DNA of 43,370 bases from Vitrella brassicaformis CCMP3155 (taxonomy: Eukaryota > Protista > Chromerida): contig CDMY01000609.1 of assembly GCA_001179505.1 (NCBI GenBank), forward strand, positions 1 through 43,370, read 5' to 3'. Below the pieces are notes generated by a model. That model searched no databases and had not been told where the DNA came from. It worked only from the letters and a program-made list of their open reading frames with translations. How positions within the stretch are numbered: the first letter of the stretch is position 1; every line of letters begins with the position of its first letter. Of this stretch, positions 1 to 10,769 are shown piece by piece. The translations under genes and the position numbers were made by a program.

Positions 1-75
1 GGGGGGGGGGCCTTGAATGGATCACTTGTGTGATGCATCGTGTGTGTGTGTGTGTGTGTGCGCGCGCGCGCGTAG

Positions 76-145
76 TTGGGACCGTGGGACCGTGCCCGAC
101 CTGTTGTCGAAGTTGGCGAGTGTGGAGGTGGATGACGTCGATTAG
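76..145 (+). CDS. 3'-terminal exon of a gene entering from the left edge (WDRGTVPDLLSKLASVEVDDVD*)
   Basis: A (GT)n(CG)n intron tail ends in TAG at 73-75, followed by an open frame to TAG at 143-145. The peptide matches the last exon of the gene at 803-1457 (DLLIRLASVEVDD). Confidence 0.65.
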
Positions 146-382
146 CTAATCAAATTGAGCGGAGCGGTGGTGTGGTGTGGACCTGTTCTGGCTGCCCACA
201 GTCCAGCTCTTCCTCGGCCGGCTGGAGGAGCTGCCGTGAATGAATGGGAGGAGAGAGGAGATTGCTTCAGTGTATCTGTCTGTGAATGCATGTGATGACA
301 CGACAATTTAGGTGATCTATGGGTGGGTGCGTGTCATATTTGCGTGGGTGTGCATAATGTGGGGGGAGACGTTGTACGTCTG

Positions 383-420
383 TAGGTAGGTAGGTAGGTA
401 GGTAGGTAGGTAGGCAGGCA
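383..420. repeat. (TAGG)n/(CAGG)n microsatellite, representative of many intronic and intergenic simple repeats in the window
   Basis: Read directly from the sequence. Similar tracts occur at about 6148-6183, 15338-15420, 18718-18770, 20643-20697 and 22106-22135. Confidence 0.95.
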
Positions 421-802
421 GGCAAGCAGGTCATTGCATGGGCGAAGGATCACCCCGGGTCCATCCATGTCTGACAGGCAAATTCATGCATGTGTCCCGA
501 CTGAGAAACCCGTGACATATGGGAAACTGCACCCAAGACGACAAAAAAGGGGGGAAAAACAAGTGTGCATCTGCCTCGATCGATGCACTATACATAAACT
601 CCTCTCGCCACAAGGCCCACACACATGCACACCCCTCCCTGTCTGTCGCATGATCTCCTGTCAGCGAAACGCCTATCTAAGGAATCAGACCACCTTCAGA
701 CATACAAAATCCTCTCACGACGCACAGCTGCCTGAGGCTGTCATGCACGCACACACCTGACTCCCAAACAACAACAACACCATGCAGTCTTTTCGTGTTC
801 AT

Positions 803-1457
803 TCAGGCGCGATCTTTCTTGACGCGAGGCCCTGTCCAGAGGACCACCCAGGGCAGCGCCACCAATGTCCACACCATTGTCATGGCGAAACGCGCAAAAT
901 CATGGTCGTCCACCTCGACACTCGCCAGCCGTATGAGCAGATCCGACACACTCAAACTGCACACGCGCGCGCGGAGAGAGAAACAGAGGCATACAACATC
1001 CTTTGTTATGCAGCCAGGGCAGTTCCGTGGGAAACGATCTGCTCACTCACTCATTGATGTCAATGGCTCGCGAGTACTGTGCCAGCACAGGCACGACGTT
1101 GTCCAGAAACTTGGCCTGCATCATGCCAATGGTCCACCCGAGCGCCCACGCAACGCCCTGCTTGTTGGCATTGACATAGCCATTGATCATGAGGGCAAAC
1201 GTCCCGCCCAAGCACGCCGCAACGGCATCCCGCGATGTCAGGCCGATGGTAGTCATTCCGACGGCAGTCAGTGGCCGCATTCTCTGTCGGTCCAGTGCAT
1301 GTGAAGATGCGTGGGGTACGCAGGTCACTGCGTGTGTCAGAGGTGCGTGGGCGGGCCGGATGAAGGCGCCACACGTGACCAGGGGCGACAGGACGAGAGA
1401 TCCAAGCAGAAGGCGGAAGCTGCAAACACCAGGACGCGAGAACTTGCGAGTAGGCAT
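803..1457 (-). CDS. Two-exon hypothetical membrane protein (about 186 aa) with a signal peptide and possible bipartite plastid-targeting leader
   Basis: Exons are 1457-1051 and 956-803. The GTGAGT donor and CAG acceptor are phase-compatible (GA|T). The N-terminus is hydrophobic (RLLLGSLVLSPLVTCG-AF) and the C-terminus carries a TM-like FAMTMVWTLVALPWVVLW. Confidence 0.7.
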
Positions 1458-1787
1458 TGAGTGTATGGTTTCTCACCTCAACGCCACCATACTGTCTGAG
1501 CCTCGGGAACACAGTGTGGCACGCGCGCACTCGTAACTTCACCCTGCGCTGTTGGTCATGAGCAGTAGCGGTTCGAAGCTCCGTTAAACGGATCCATGCA
1601 ATGAGCATGGCCAACATAGTACCGACCGCCATCAAAACCAAGCGTGGATACAATGGGCCAAAACCAAAAGGCCAAACACAATGCCACAGCGTCATGTAGG
1701 CCGCCGCGACAGTTGTGTGTTGAGACTCCGAGTCGAGGTAGGGGCTGGGGGCGGAGACGGGAATTTTTCTACGTGAAGTCGTCCAAC

Positions 1788-4309
1788 ATGCTGCCGAACA
1801 GGCTGCTTATCGCCTCGGCCCTCCTCATGGGCCTCTGTGGCGCTTCGCACATCGACAGCGGTCACCGCCATGGTAGGTGTGACGCACTGTCCTGAATGCC
1901 TGGCGGCGGAGAGAATGACGAACAGTGCAAACCAGTCAACAAGCCATGCAACAGTCCGTGTCTGTATACATGCATCGAGACAGGTTCCACGAGTATACTA
2001 TTCAGACGAGCCAACATGTTGACTGCTGATTCGCTCTTCCAGGCTATCTCGAGGAGTCCGTGGAACGTGAAGGTGCTGTTGAGGACAGCATTGATACTTT
2101 GACGGGTACGCGTATGATGCGTGCATGCTAATCGGAGCCTTGTCCGCACGCCTCACGCGGTGATATTTGCTATCAGTGCCCCAAGCCCACGGCAATGACC
2201 AGCTCAGCCTGGGTGAGATACATAGACCATACAGCACTCAGGCCCTGAGCCAATCATCAATATTCATGGCTTCCAATTCTCCAATTGATTGTCTGCCAGA
2301 GACAAGCTTTGATGACCTTTTCCAGGGCACAATCCCACAACTTGAATGCAATGCTACCGGTGAATCACTCGAATGGATATCTCAAATGAATGAGACATCA
2401 ATTGTGAGACATGCTATACAAGTTGTTGGATTTCTGCAGCAGAATGCACTTACGAAGGCAATAAAGGCGCGACAAAAAAGGCGCGACAGAAAAGGCGCGA
2501 CAGAAAAGGCGCGACAAAGCGGCAAGAGTAGTGCAGCGCGAGAGAAGCAAGCGACAAAGAAGGCGTGACAAAAAAGGCGCGACAAAAAAGGCGCGACAAA
2601 AAAGGCGCGACAATAAAGGCGCGATCAAAGCGGCAAGAGTAGTGCAGCGCGAGAGAAGCAAGCGACAAAGAAGGCGTGATAAAAGGCGCGACAAAAAAGG
2701 CGCGACAAAAAAGGCGCGACAAAAAAGGCGCGATCAAAGCGGCAAGAGTAGTGCAGCGCGAGAGGAGCAAGCGACAAAAAAGGCGTGACAAAAAAGGCGC
2801 GATCAAAGCGGCAAGAGAGAGTAGTGCAGCGCGACAGTAGCGACAAAAAAGGCGTGACAAAAAAGGCGCGACAAAAAAGGCGCGACAAAAAAGGCGCGAT
2901 CAAGGCGGCGAGAGTAGTGCAGCGCGAGAGGAGCAAGCGACAAAAAACAAGGCGTGACAAAAAAGGCGCGACAAAAAAGGCGCGATCAAGCGGCAAGAGT
3001 GGGTGTCCGGGTCATCACGATCTGGCCACAGTGGCATGGTGAACTGACACACACACCTCGCTGCTTTAATTCATACGCCCTTTCAACTGATGCAGACGTC
3101 CCAGCCCGAACATCGAAGATGCCTTGCAACAAACAAGGTCTTAAAATGGTCCTAGGCCTCTTCAATTCGATCCCTGGGCCGTTGAAAGAGGGTCGGCGGA
3201 AAGAAAAAATCATGAGGGACCTCTTCAACAAATGCAAGTAAGTAAGATGCCGAACATGAGAGTGGACACTGGCTGTATTAGCTAGTGTGTATTCCTGCTA
3301 TATCGGTAGATGTTGCGATCAGACGTCCTGGGAGAAAAAGATGTACTTCCACACCTCCAGACAAAGCAGAGAGGGAACGAGGCATATATCTGTACTGTTT
3401 ACAGGCTTGAACACGAGTTGCAGGAAATGAGAGAGCACAATTCTACGAGTCCAGCAGGTGGGTGCTTGACTGCCCTTCTCTAGCAACCAGCCCACCCACC
3501 CACTCATATTGTCCCCCACTGATTGTTTCATTCATTTAGTGTCCCCGGGCGCTTCTGGCGACAGCCCCTACAAGCCTGGTGCACCACGCATTACTCTTCT
3601 TGTGCTGGACGTCAGTATGTATTTATGTATCTGATTCAGAGACAGACACGGATTTGTGTAAGATTGGAGCAATTCACCCTCAGCACTGGCCAAGCAACCA
3701 GGTGATGGGGTTAGGATATATCCCCATGCATTCATACATACGTTTTTGCACCGCCCAGCAACCGATGGACCACGAGCTGCTTGAGCCGATCTACGGCTAC
3801 CGCACGAGCAAGAGCAAGAAAGAATACCGCCACTGCAGCATCGACGAGAAAGAGATCTGTGTGCTGGTAACTTTTGTGTTCCGGCTGCAAGGCGAATAAT
3901 TTCCGTCCTACATATTCTGTCTGAAGCGTGTGGGCTGCTTCCGTATGCGTTTGGTTCATACAGGAGGGCAAACACAGAATGGCCTCCCGGGAAGGCGACC
4001 CCGACCGATACATGTCGATCATCACAGGCCATTGTTACAAGGGGCGTGAGCAGGAAACCAAGCTCTGCGATGTCCGGAACAGGCTGACCATCAAGCTGAG
4101 GGCCGACGATCTACACAACAAATACAAGATGCGTGTCTGTACGTACTCAATTTGGGCATCAATCCACACATGCACACACACATACACAGCACATGCTAAT
4201 AGGGTGTTGCTGTCTCCTGTGCCCTGCAGGTTTTCCCAAATCTGGTGGCGCAAGCGTTAAGCCAAGCCGCAGCTTCCACGACGCTCTGCAGGCCATCAAG
4301 AACTACTGA
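1788..4309 (+). CDS. Multi-exon hypothetical secreted protein
   Basis: ATG 1788 encodes a signal-peptide-like MLPNRLLIASALLMGLCGA. Phase-compatible exon blocks lie at about 1788-1872, 2043-2105, 2177-2458, 3096-3237, 3540-3610, 3640-3701, 3759-3866, 3965-4131 and 4230-4309. Internal boundaries are uncertain and no family was recognised. Confidence 0.6.
2462..3000. repeat. Hierarchical minisatellite: 14-bp unit (CAAAAAAGGCGCGA) interspersed with a roughly 40-bp module (GCGGCAAGAGTAGTGCAGCGCGAGAGAAGCAAGCGA), higher-order period about 110 bp
   Basis: Read directly. The module recurs at about 2519, 2630, 2740, 2808, 2904 and 2990. Confidence 0.95.
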
Positions 4310-4994
4310 CTCACTCGAAAGAAAGTGAATGAGCGCGATCTGTCTTGTCTGTCCGTCCATCCGTCTGTCTATACTCCCGCCGCCAGTCCCAGTGACCGAC
4401 CGACCGACTGACTGACTGTGTCATGCGATTGAGGATGATGCAGGAGACACCAACCAACAAACAGACAAAGACACAAACGAAGGCGTCTTCGAGTGCATTC
4501 TGACGAAAAACGGTGGCTAAGAAATCAGCATCGACAATGTGTGCGAATGTGGCCGAAGCTTTTGCTTGGCGAGTGTTCTGAGCATTCACTCAGTCACTCG
4601 TCAAGTGATCGTCATGACACGGCAAGGAGGGATCCCCAGACTCATACCAATGCATCAAGGCCAATGCACGTTTCTCTTCATTCATCCTCTACCTTCTGGA
4701 TGAAGAATTCGCTTTCACAGAAGCATGGGCGACCAGCACATCTGATCTAGAGTCGGCAATGTATTCGCACACCAGGCAAAGGCACAAGCAGTCACAGAAA
4801 CACAAGCGCACCACACGACATGAATGACAGCAGCAGTCCGACACAAACCGAACAGCCTATTAAACGCAATCCAAGACCCGCCTATTAAAGGGAAGGCAGG
4901 GGCCGGACCGGACCGCTCCCCTCCCCTCCCCTTACACCCAACGACTCACCCACCAGACAAAGCAGAGAGGGAACGAGGCATATATCTCTATTGT

Positions 4995-5987
4995 CTACAG
5001 GCTTGAACACGAGTTGCAGGAAATGAGAGAGTACGCTCGCGGAGGGGACATGATTGCGCGGCCGTCAGAGTGGCTCTCGAGGTCGAGATCGAGGTCGGCG
5101 GGTGGGGGAGAGTTCTTGGTGCAGCTGGGCATCCGTCGCTTTGGCGGCTTGTCGTCTGGCTGCTGGTGGTGGGCAGTGTCCACATCAGACGCTCGAAACG
5201 GGGGCTGACACAACACAAGCATCAGTCAAGGAGGGATGTGTGGTGTCTGTAGCTTCCCACCCCATCAGGTGCATACCACATAAAATGCGCGTGTCGGTCT
5301 CGGCGTGATGGCCTGAGAGTCGTATGGCTCGAACTCGTGACGATGCTGCGTGACGTACTCAAGTACTCCCAATCGCTCCAGCATCTGCCGCTGCAACTCG
5401 CCCGACGCTTCGAGGGCGTAAAGGAGGCGATGGCGTGTCTCGGCCTGGTCGAGATCGAGCTCGGGCTGGAGCTGAACTGGGTCATCAGCCTCATACGGCG
5501 CGCCGTCATGCACATCCACAAGCCGCCGCACCAGGCTCTCAGGAATGTCGTTGGGGAGCGAGAGGATGCCGGTCTCCGGTATGTCGGGAACGAATCGAAG
5601 GAACAAGTCCCGCCGCCTCTTGAGCAGCGTGCCCATGCACACCTTGTGCGGCCGAGACGACGGCCTCCGCTCCGGCCGGAGACCGGGCCAGCCCTTTTCG
5701 AGCATGCTGCGCAGAGTGTCCTCAGATGGTTTCTTCGCCGACAGGTGTGACATCAGGTCGTTGAGCATTCACATCTCCATCAGCTCTTGCTTGCCGCCCT
5801 TGATGACGACGAGTGTTGTCGACCGATCAGGCTCGTCTTCGTCGTCAGACAGGTCAGCTACAAGTCGAGCGAGGGAGGGAGGGGCGGCGGGCTGGATGTG
5901 ACTTGCTGCGGGACGGTGGTCAGGAGCATCACCACGGCGAGTTGAAGCGATTGCTCGTCGCTTGAGCCGACCGATCTGGTCAGCCAT
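4995..5987 (-). pseudogene. Two-exon hypothetical gene interrupted by one in-frame TGA (5769-5771)
   Basis: ATG 5987 begins MADQIGRLKR...ELMEM*MLNDL...AFYV. The intron 5276-5205 (GTATGC...CAG, phase 0) is followed by a last exon ending at TAG 4995. The frame is continuous on both sides of the stop. Confidence 0.6.
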
Positions 5988-6961
5988 GACCGCTGCAGCT
6001 GGTGGTGGTGGTGGTGATGGGTGCGAGAGGGACGGCGGGGGGTGTGATGCAGCAGCGGGTGGGTGTGAGAGGGGGAGGGCAGCGCGGCGTCCGGTGGCGA
6101 CGGGTACGACGGCAACAAACAATGAGCTAAATACTGCAGGTAAGGGACAGACAGACAGACAGAGCAATGGATGGATGGATGGATGTGTGTCATGTTGGGA
6201 TCTCTCGCTCCCTCTCCCTCCCGCCCTCTCCCTCCCTCCTCTCTCGCTCTGGATCTGTGCTCACCTCAGGTTCATGTACGGCAGGTGCGATGTGTCGGGA
6301 AATCACGACGCCAAAGCGGCAGACAACATGCCGCAGGTAGAATACAATGAGTCAATCAGCCTGCAGGACAAGCAGAGGGACAAGCAGGCAGTCAGTGAGG
6401 TGTCTGTGGGTCTCAGGAGGCCATGCAGATACGTATGTTTGTGTGTACATGATAAGAATGGATCTATTCAGTGAGGGGATGAAAGTGGGTGCCTCACTTC
6501 ACCAGAGATGATTGGCCGATGGGTCAGGCGTCGTCCAAGGGTGTCGCGGAGCATCGCAACGACGTGCTCACTCAAGATCAGGACCGACTTCTGTACAAGG
6601 GGGGAAAGGAGCGGTCCGTTCGCAGGAGTGAGTGGGTATTTCGGGAATCTGTGAAGCAGGGATTGCTCAGAGCGTCCCTCTGCATCGATTTTGCTTCACA
6701 GAATTGCTTGCGGCACTCTTTTTGCTTCTCATCCTGCGAGCTTAGATGTGCTGGAAAACGTTTCCTTGCCTAACACACGGGGGTAGCATCGCAGCCCATC
6801 GGGTGCCTATATGAAGTTTGATCACTGCATCAGTGCGGCACTCACTAGGCACACCCCCGGCAACCACCATTTTTCACCTACGGGGCGAACCGGCTGCGTC
6901 TCAGTGCGCTCGCAGCGATCGCATGCAGTCTCACCTCTCTGGCCCCCAGTCTGTTTCCCGG

Positions 6962-9671
6962 ATGCCGGTTCTCTGTCAGCTGCCGCCGCTGCTGTTGTTG
7001 CTGTGGCCCATTGGGAGATTGGCGGAGAGAGTCAGCCAACAGCAAACCGAGTCTGCCACCGATCTTCACATCAGCTTCGGCAAACTTAGAATCGTTTCCG
7101 ACGTGCATGTGGTAAGCGGCAGGTGCGAAGCCGTGCGAAGGAATGGCTGTGTATCTGTGTCCGTGTCTCAACGACACACTCCGACAGAGCAATTGCCGGA
7201 CGTCTGACGAGTGCACAGACAAGCTGATTTCGTTGTTTCGAGCCACCGTGACTCCGGGCAACCCTTACAGTGCCAATGTGAAGGCACTTGTGCTCCTGTA
7301 AGCTGTGGGTGGGTGTATGGCCGATAAAGGAGAAAGTGCCACACGTCTGCGTATCTCGTTGCTACGAATGTGCAGCGGGGACATATTCGAGACATGGTCT
7401 TCAGAGAAAGGATGTTGACATAATCATGTCCTACGTGCCTACTATGTAGGGCGATTCCCATGCATTTGGTCGATTTTACTCTCGAGCACCGGGCAAGAAA
7501 AACTAAGAACGTTGATGTAAGCCGCACATGACCTTGGGACGCCATCTGTGGCCACTCCACTCCGCATATGTTTCCGTGTCTATCTCAGACGACTCTTGGG
7601 CATATTCTTCGTCCCAAGGTCCCAGAGATTCTTCGCTTTATAGAAGAGATCGCACAAAAGGTTCCTACCTATATCATTCGAGTAAGAACACAGTTAGCCG
7701 TGAGGAAGTGAGAGAAAGCGAAAACTCTGTGTCTGAGCAGGGGAATCACGATTACGAGACGTAAGCTAGAGGAGGACAGATTGTCTGACGGCTCCTTTGC
7801 GCTTGTCCTCAATTTGACGAGGGATTTTGTCGAGAAGCACATGCCCTCTGTCCACTACAGAAAAGGTGTGAGGCTGAATGAGTGCACACCGGCTATCTCA
7901 TAGGCATGTGCATCCATCAGATGTCCTTGTGGATTGGCGCCTCGTCCGCTTAGAGCACGGCCAGTTTGAGGAAAATCTCAACAGACCCGACCCTCTCTCA
8001 CACTACACGAACAAAATAAAGAGCAGTGTGGGAGACACAGCACTTGAGCAGCTTCCTATGGGGTTTTCTCAACGCCCATCCGCCGCGTACTGGCTGGCGA
8101 GAGCGGATGCCACTTGATGTGAGCTGGAGAGGTTTCACAAGGTGTACAGCCCGTCTTCGAATGCCGTGCGCGAGACGACGAAGTTTGTGACCTCGATCAC
8201 CGAATACATCATGGGGAAACACTTCAAGGCAAGTGAACGATTGACGGACTTTGTGTTGTACGGATTAATTTAATTCTTGGTGTTTGTCATGTCATTCCAC
8301 ATTCAGAAAGCCTACATGACAATGTTCCAGGAGCGATTACAGGCTGTCACCAGGAAGGGTGCACCGGGCCATGACCTGGTCAACATTCTCAACAACGACG
8401 TCCGCGAGGATCGATTCCGCCTTCGGAACGGCACAATTTCAATTGAAACGGTGGACGCGCCTACCTGAGAGGGGCAAGAACGTCTCGTCTGTGTGTGTGT
8501 GTGTGTTTTGTGCGCGTATGTGTGTGTGTGTGTGTGTGTGGCTCCAGGTGGTGACGGAGTATGGTGATCTTCCCAAAGTCATGAAGAGGGAGCTTCGGTT
8601 GTCAAGGAAGGAATCAAAAGCGCTGATCAGGTGACCAGGTGAAGGCATGAGGTACACGACTGGCATCAAGCATCGATCATTGTTGTGGCTGTAGGGGAGG
8701 TCTCTCCGCCATGGGAGTGAGACATGAAAGCTGTGCATGTGAAATTTATACTATGAGTGTTGGGACTCGTGTGTGGACAGGACTACGACTACTTCATCGC
8801 AAACCAACCACAAGACACCACAGACGTGGTCGGTGTGGATGAGGAAAACACAAACACGCCAAAAACGCTAAAGAAAAAGTTGGGCAATGAGATGTATCAG
8901 ACATCGGACAGATGTGGGTGTGTAGATGGTTTTCGGCCACACGCACGTTGCCAAGCTCCAACGACAGCAGCCTAGCTTGGACAACTGGCTCATCTACGCG
9001 AATTCAGGCGGTACGGATGCACACAATGAGATTTAGACAGAAAGAATCAGAAGAGACGACCGGCATGTGTCTGCCAGGCTGGGTCGACCCGATCGATATC
9101 GACAAGGTCTTCGTCGACATCAGGTGACGTAGGGAAAAGAAACGCGGAGAAGGAGAGGAGGAGAAGAAGGAGCATTTCTCCCTCTTCCTCAATGTGTGTG
9201 TGTCTCTCTGTTTGTCTCTTCGTGTCAACTCTTCATCTGATCTGCAGCATGATCGATCTGCCCCTGCACGACAAATTCTTCCAAGACACCTTTCCCAATC
9301 TCCGCACCGACCGCGCATGCAAGAGTGGCGTGCCCAAGCTCCAGCCCCAGCCTGACACAACACGAGTGGAGGGGCTGGACCTCCCAGATGGAGGCGTGAC
9401 GCAGACGATGCGCGATTTGGTGAGAAACTACGGCCTCACCCACACACACGCCGGCCCCGCCCGCGGGCTAGCAGCAGCAGCAGGAGCAGCAGCATCACTG
9501 GCAGCCCGGCTCTTTCTTACCGCAGCGGACACCAAAGAGAGAGAGACACTGATCAAGCGGGTTGAGGAGACCCTGGATGCCATCCATACGGCTGCAGGCG
9601 GCCTGAGTGAGGGTGAGGCGTATGTGGTCCGGCGAGAAGAAGAAGTGGAGGGGTTGGGGGAGGAGGACTGA
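6962..9671 (+). CDS. Secreted calcineurin-like metallophosphoesterase, LpxH/YbbF-like; one in-frame TGA at 8115-8117
   Basis: Fifteen phase-consistent exons: 6962-7111, 7188-7297, 7376-7396, 7450-7516, 7589-7681, 7741-7760, 7822-7865, 7921-8228, 8307-8450, 8548-8630, 8695-8716, 8781-8828, 8926-9010, 9078-9123 and 9248-9671. Splicing recovers the motifs IVSDVH, VLLGDIFETW, TYIIRGNHD, VRLEHG, MVFGHTH and YANSGGW in canonical order. The N-terminus is MPVLCQLPPLLLLLWP. Confidence 0.88.
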
Positions 9672-10006
9672 GCCTATGGGGCACTATCCCGACGTGCGAG
9701 TGAGTGGGCGACAGAGCAGGAAGAATATGAATGTGAGTGAATGGATGCGAGCGCCGTGAGACACGCAGGCAGACAGGCACAGACTGGATGAGTGCGAGAC
9801 ATTCCACATCATTTCCTTGAGAGGTATGCGTGTCTGTCTGTCTCCCTATCTATTGACAAACAAACCAACGAAGTACCCGGCCCAGTCCGTCTGAATTATC
9901 TGTCAGCCAATAAACCGCATCGCATCGCATCGCATCGCATCTGTCTACTCGCATCGCATTGCCGCAATCGCATCCACTTAACTAATCGGTCTATCTATCT
10001 ATCTCA

Positions 10007-10538
10007 TCAGTCCTCCTCTTCCATGGCTTCCTCGATGAGCTCGACGATGATGCCATAGGCCGCCCTTCCCCTCGCCCCCCTCCAGCATACGCGCCACCTG
10101 CTGCCCGTACGCCTCTATCGCGCCCTCCACCACGCCCTCACCTGATGCCACAAACACACCTGTAAGGACACATCAGCCAGCCAGCAAGCAACAGAGAAGA
10201 AGAGAGAGTGATCGATTGATTCGATTCATGCATCCATTCATTCATTCAGACTGCGGCGAAAAGGCCGACGTACCTGCCAGCTTGCGTGTGAATGCCGTCC
10301 ACAAAGGCGCCCCCCTCATCTGCTCGTCGCCCAGCCCCGCCAGCCGCCCCGCCAGCCACGACGTCGCCATGGACCCAATAGACGATTCCGTCACGTTGGG
10401 CGCGAAAAGGAACTCCTCGGCCTGGTCGATGGTGAAGCCCATGAAGGACGAGAGGCTGCCTTCAAATGACGGCCACTGAGCGTCGTCGGCCAGAGATGCC
10501 GCCATGCCGTGGACGGCCTTGAGCACCGATCCCTTGGC
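10007..10538 (-). CDS. 3' exons of a hypothetical protein (5' end not resolved)
   Basis: Exon 10538 to about 10272 (AKGSVLKAVHGMAASL...RKLA) follows a TAG acceptor. The next exon, from about 10141, encodes GEGVVEGAIEAYGQQVARML. The end ambiguously reads AAYGIIVELIEEAMEEED* in a shifted frame. Confidence 0.5.
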
Positions 10539-10769
10539 CTACGTCAAAAGGTGGGTTGTTTCTACCTTCCGCCCCGTCGGTACCTCCAGCCCCCGGTCGT
10601 GCCTGAATTAAAAATGTCTCGGTGGTTCGGTGAGGTGCTCTTTCCCTTTTTCTTTGTTGTGGCGGAGAAGCCCCCTGGTCTCCCGCTCGCGGAAAACGGC
10701 CATACATATGCCAAAAATCAAATTCTGTATAACGCCGAGACACTTGGAAAAACAGAAAACATTGATGTA

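Noticed and set aside
2382-3042. Lys/Arg-rich and Phe/Leu-rich ORFs
   Set aside because: Translations of the minisatellite.
6270-6790. Possible + strand exons between two divergent genes
   Set aside because: No consistent splice phase or recognisable motif; may be promoter or UTR sequence.
7410-7470. Apparent in-frame TAA and SWIM-like Cys cluster (*SCPTCLLC)
   Set aside because: It lies in intron 7397-7449. Splicing restores GDIFETW-AIPMH.
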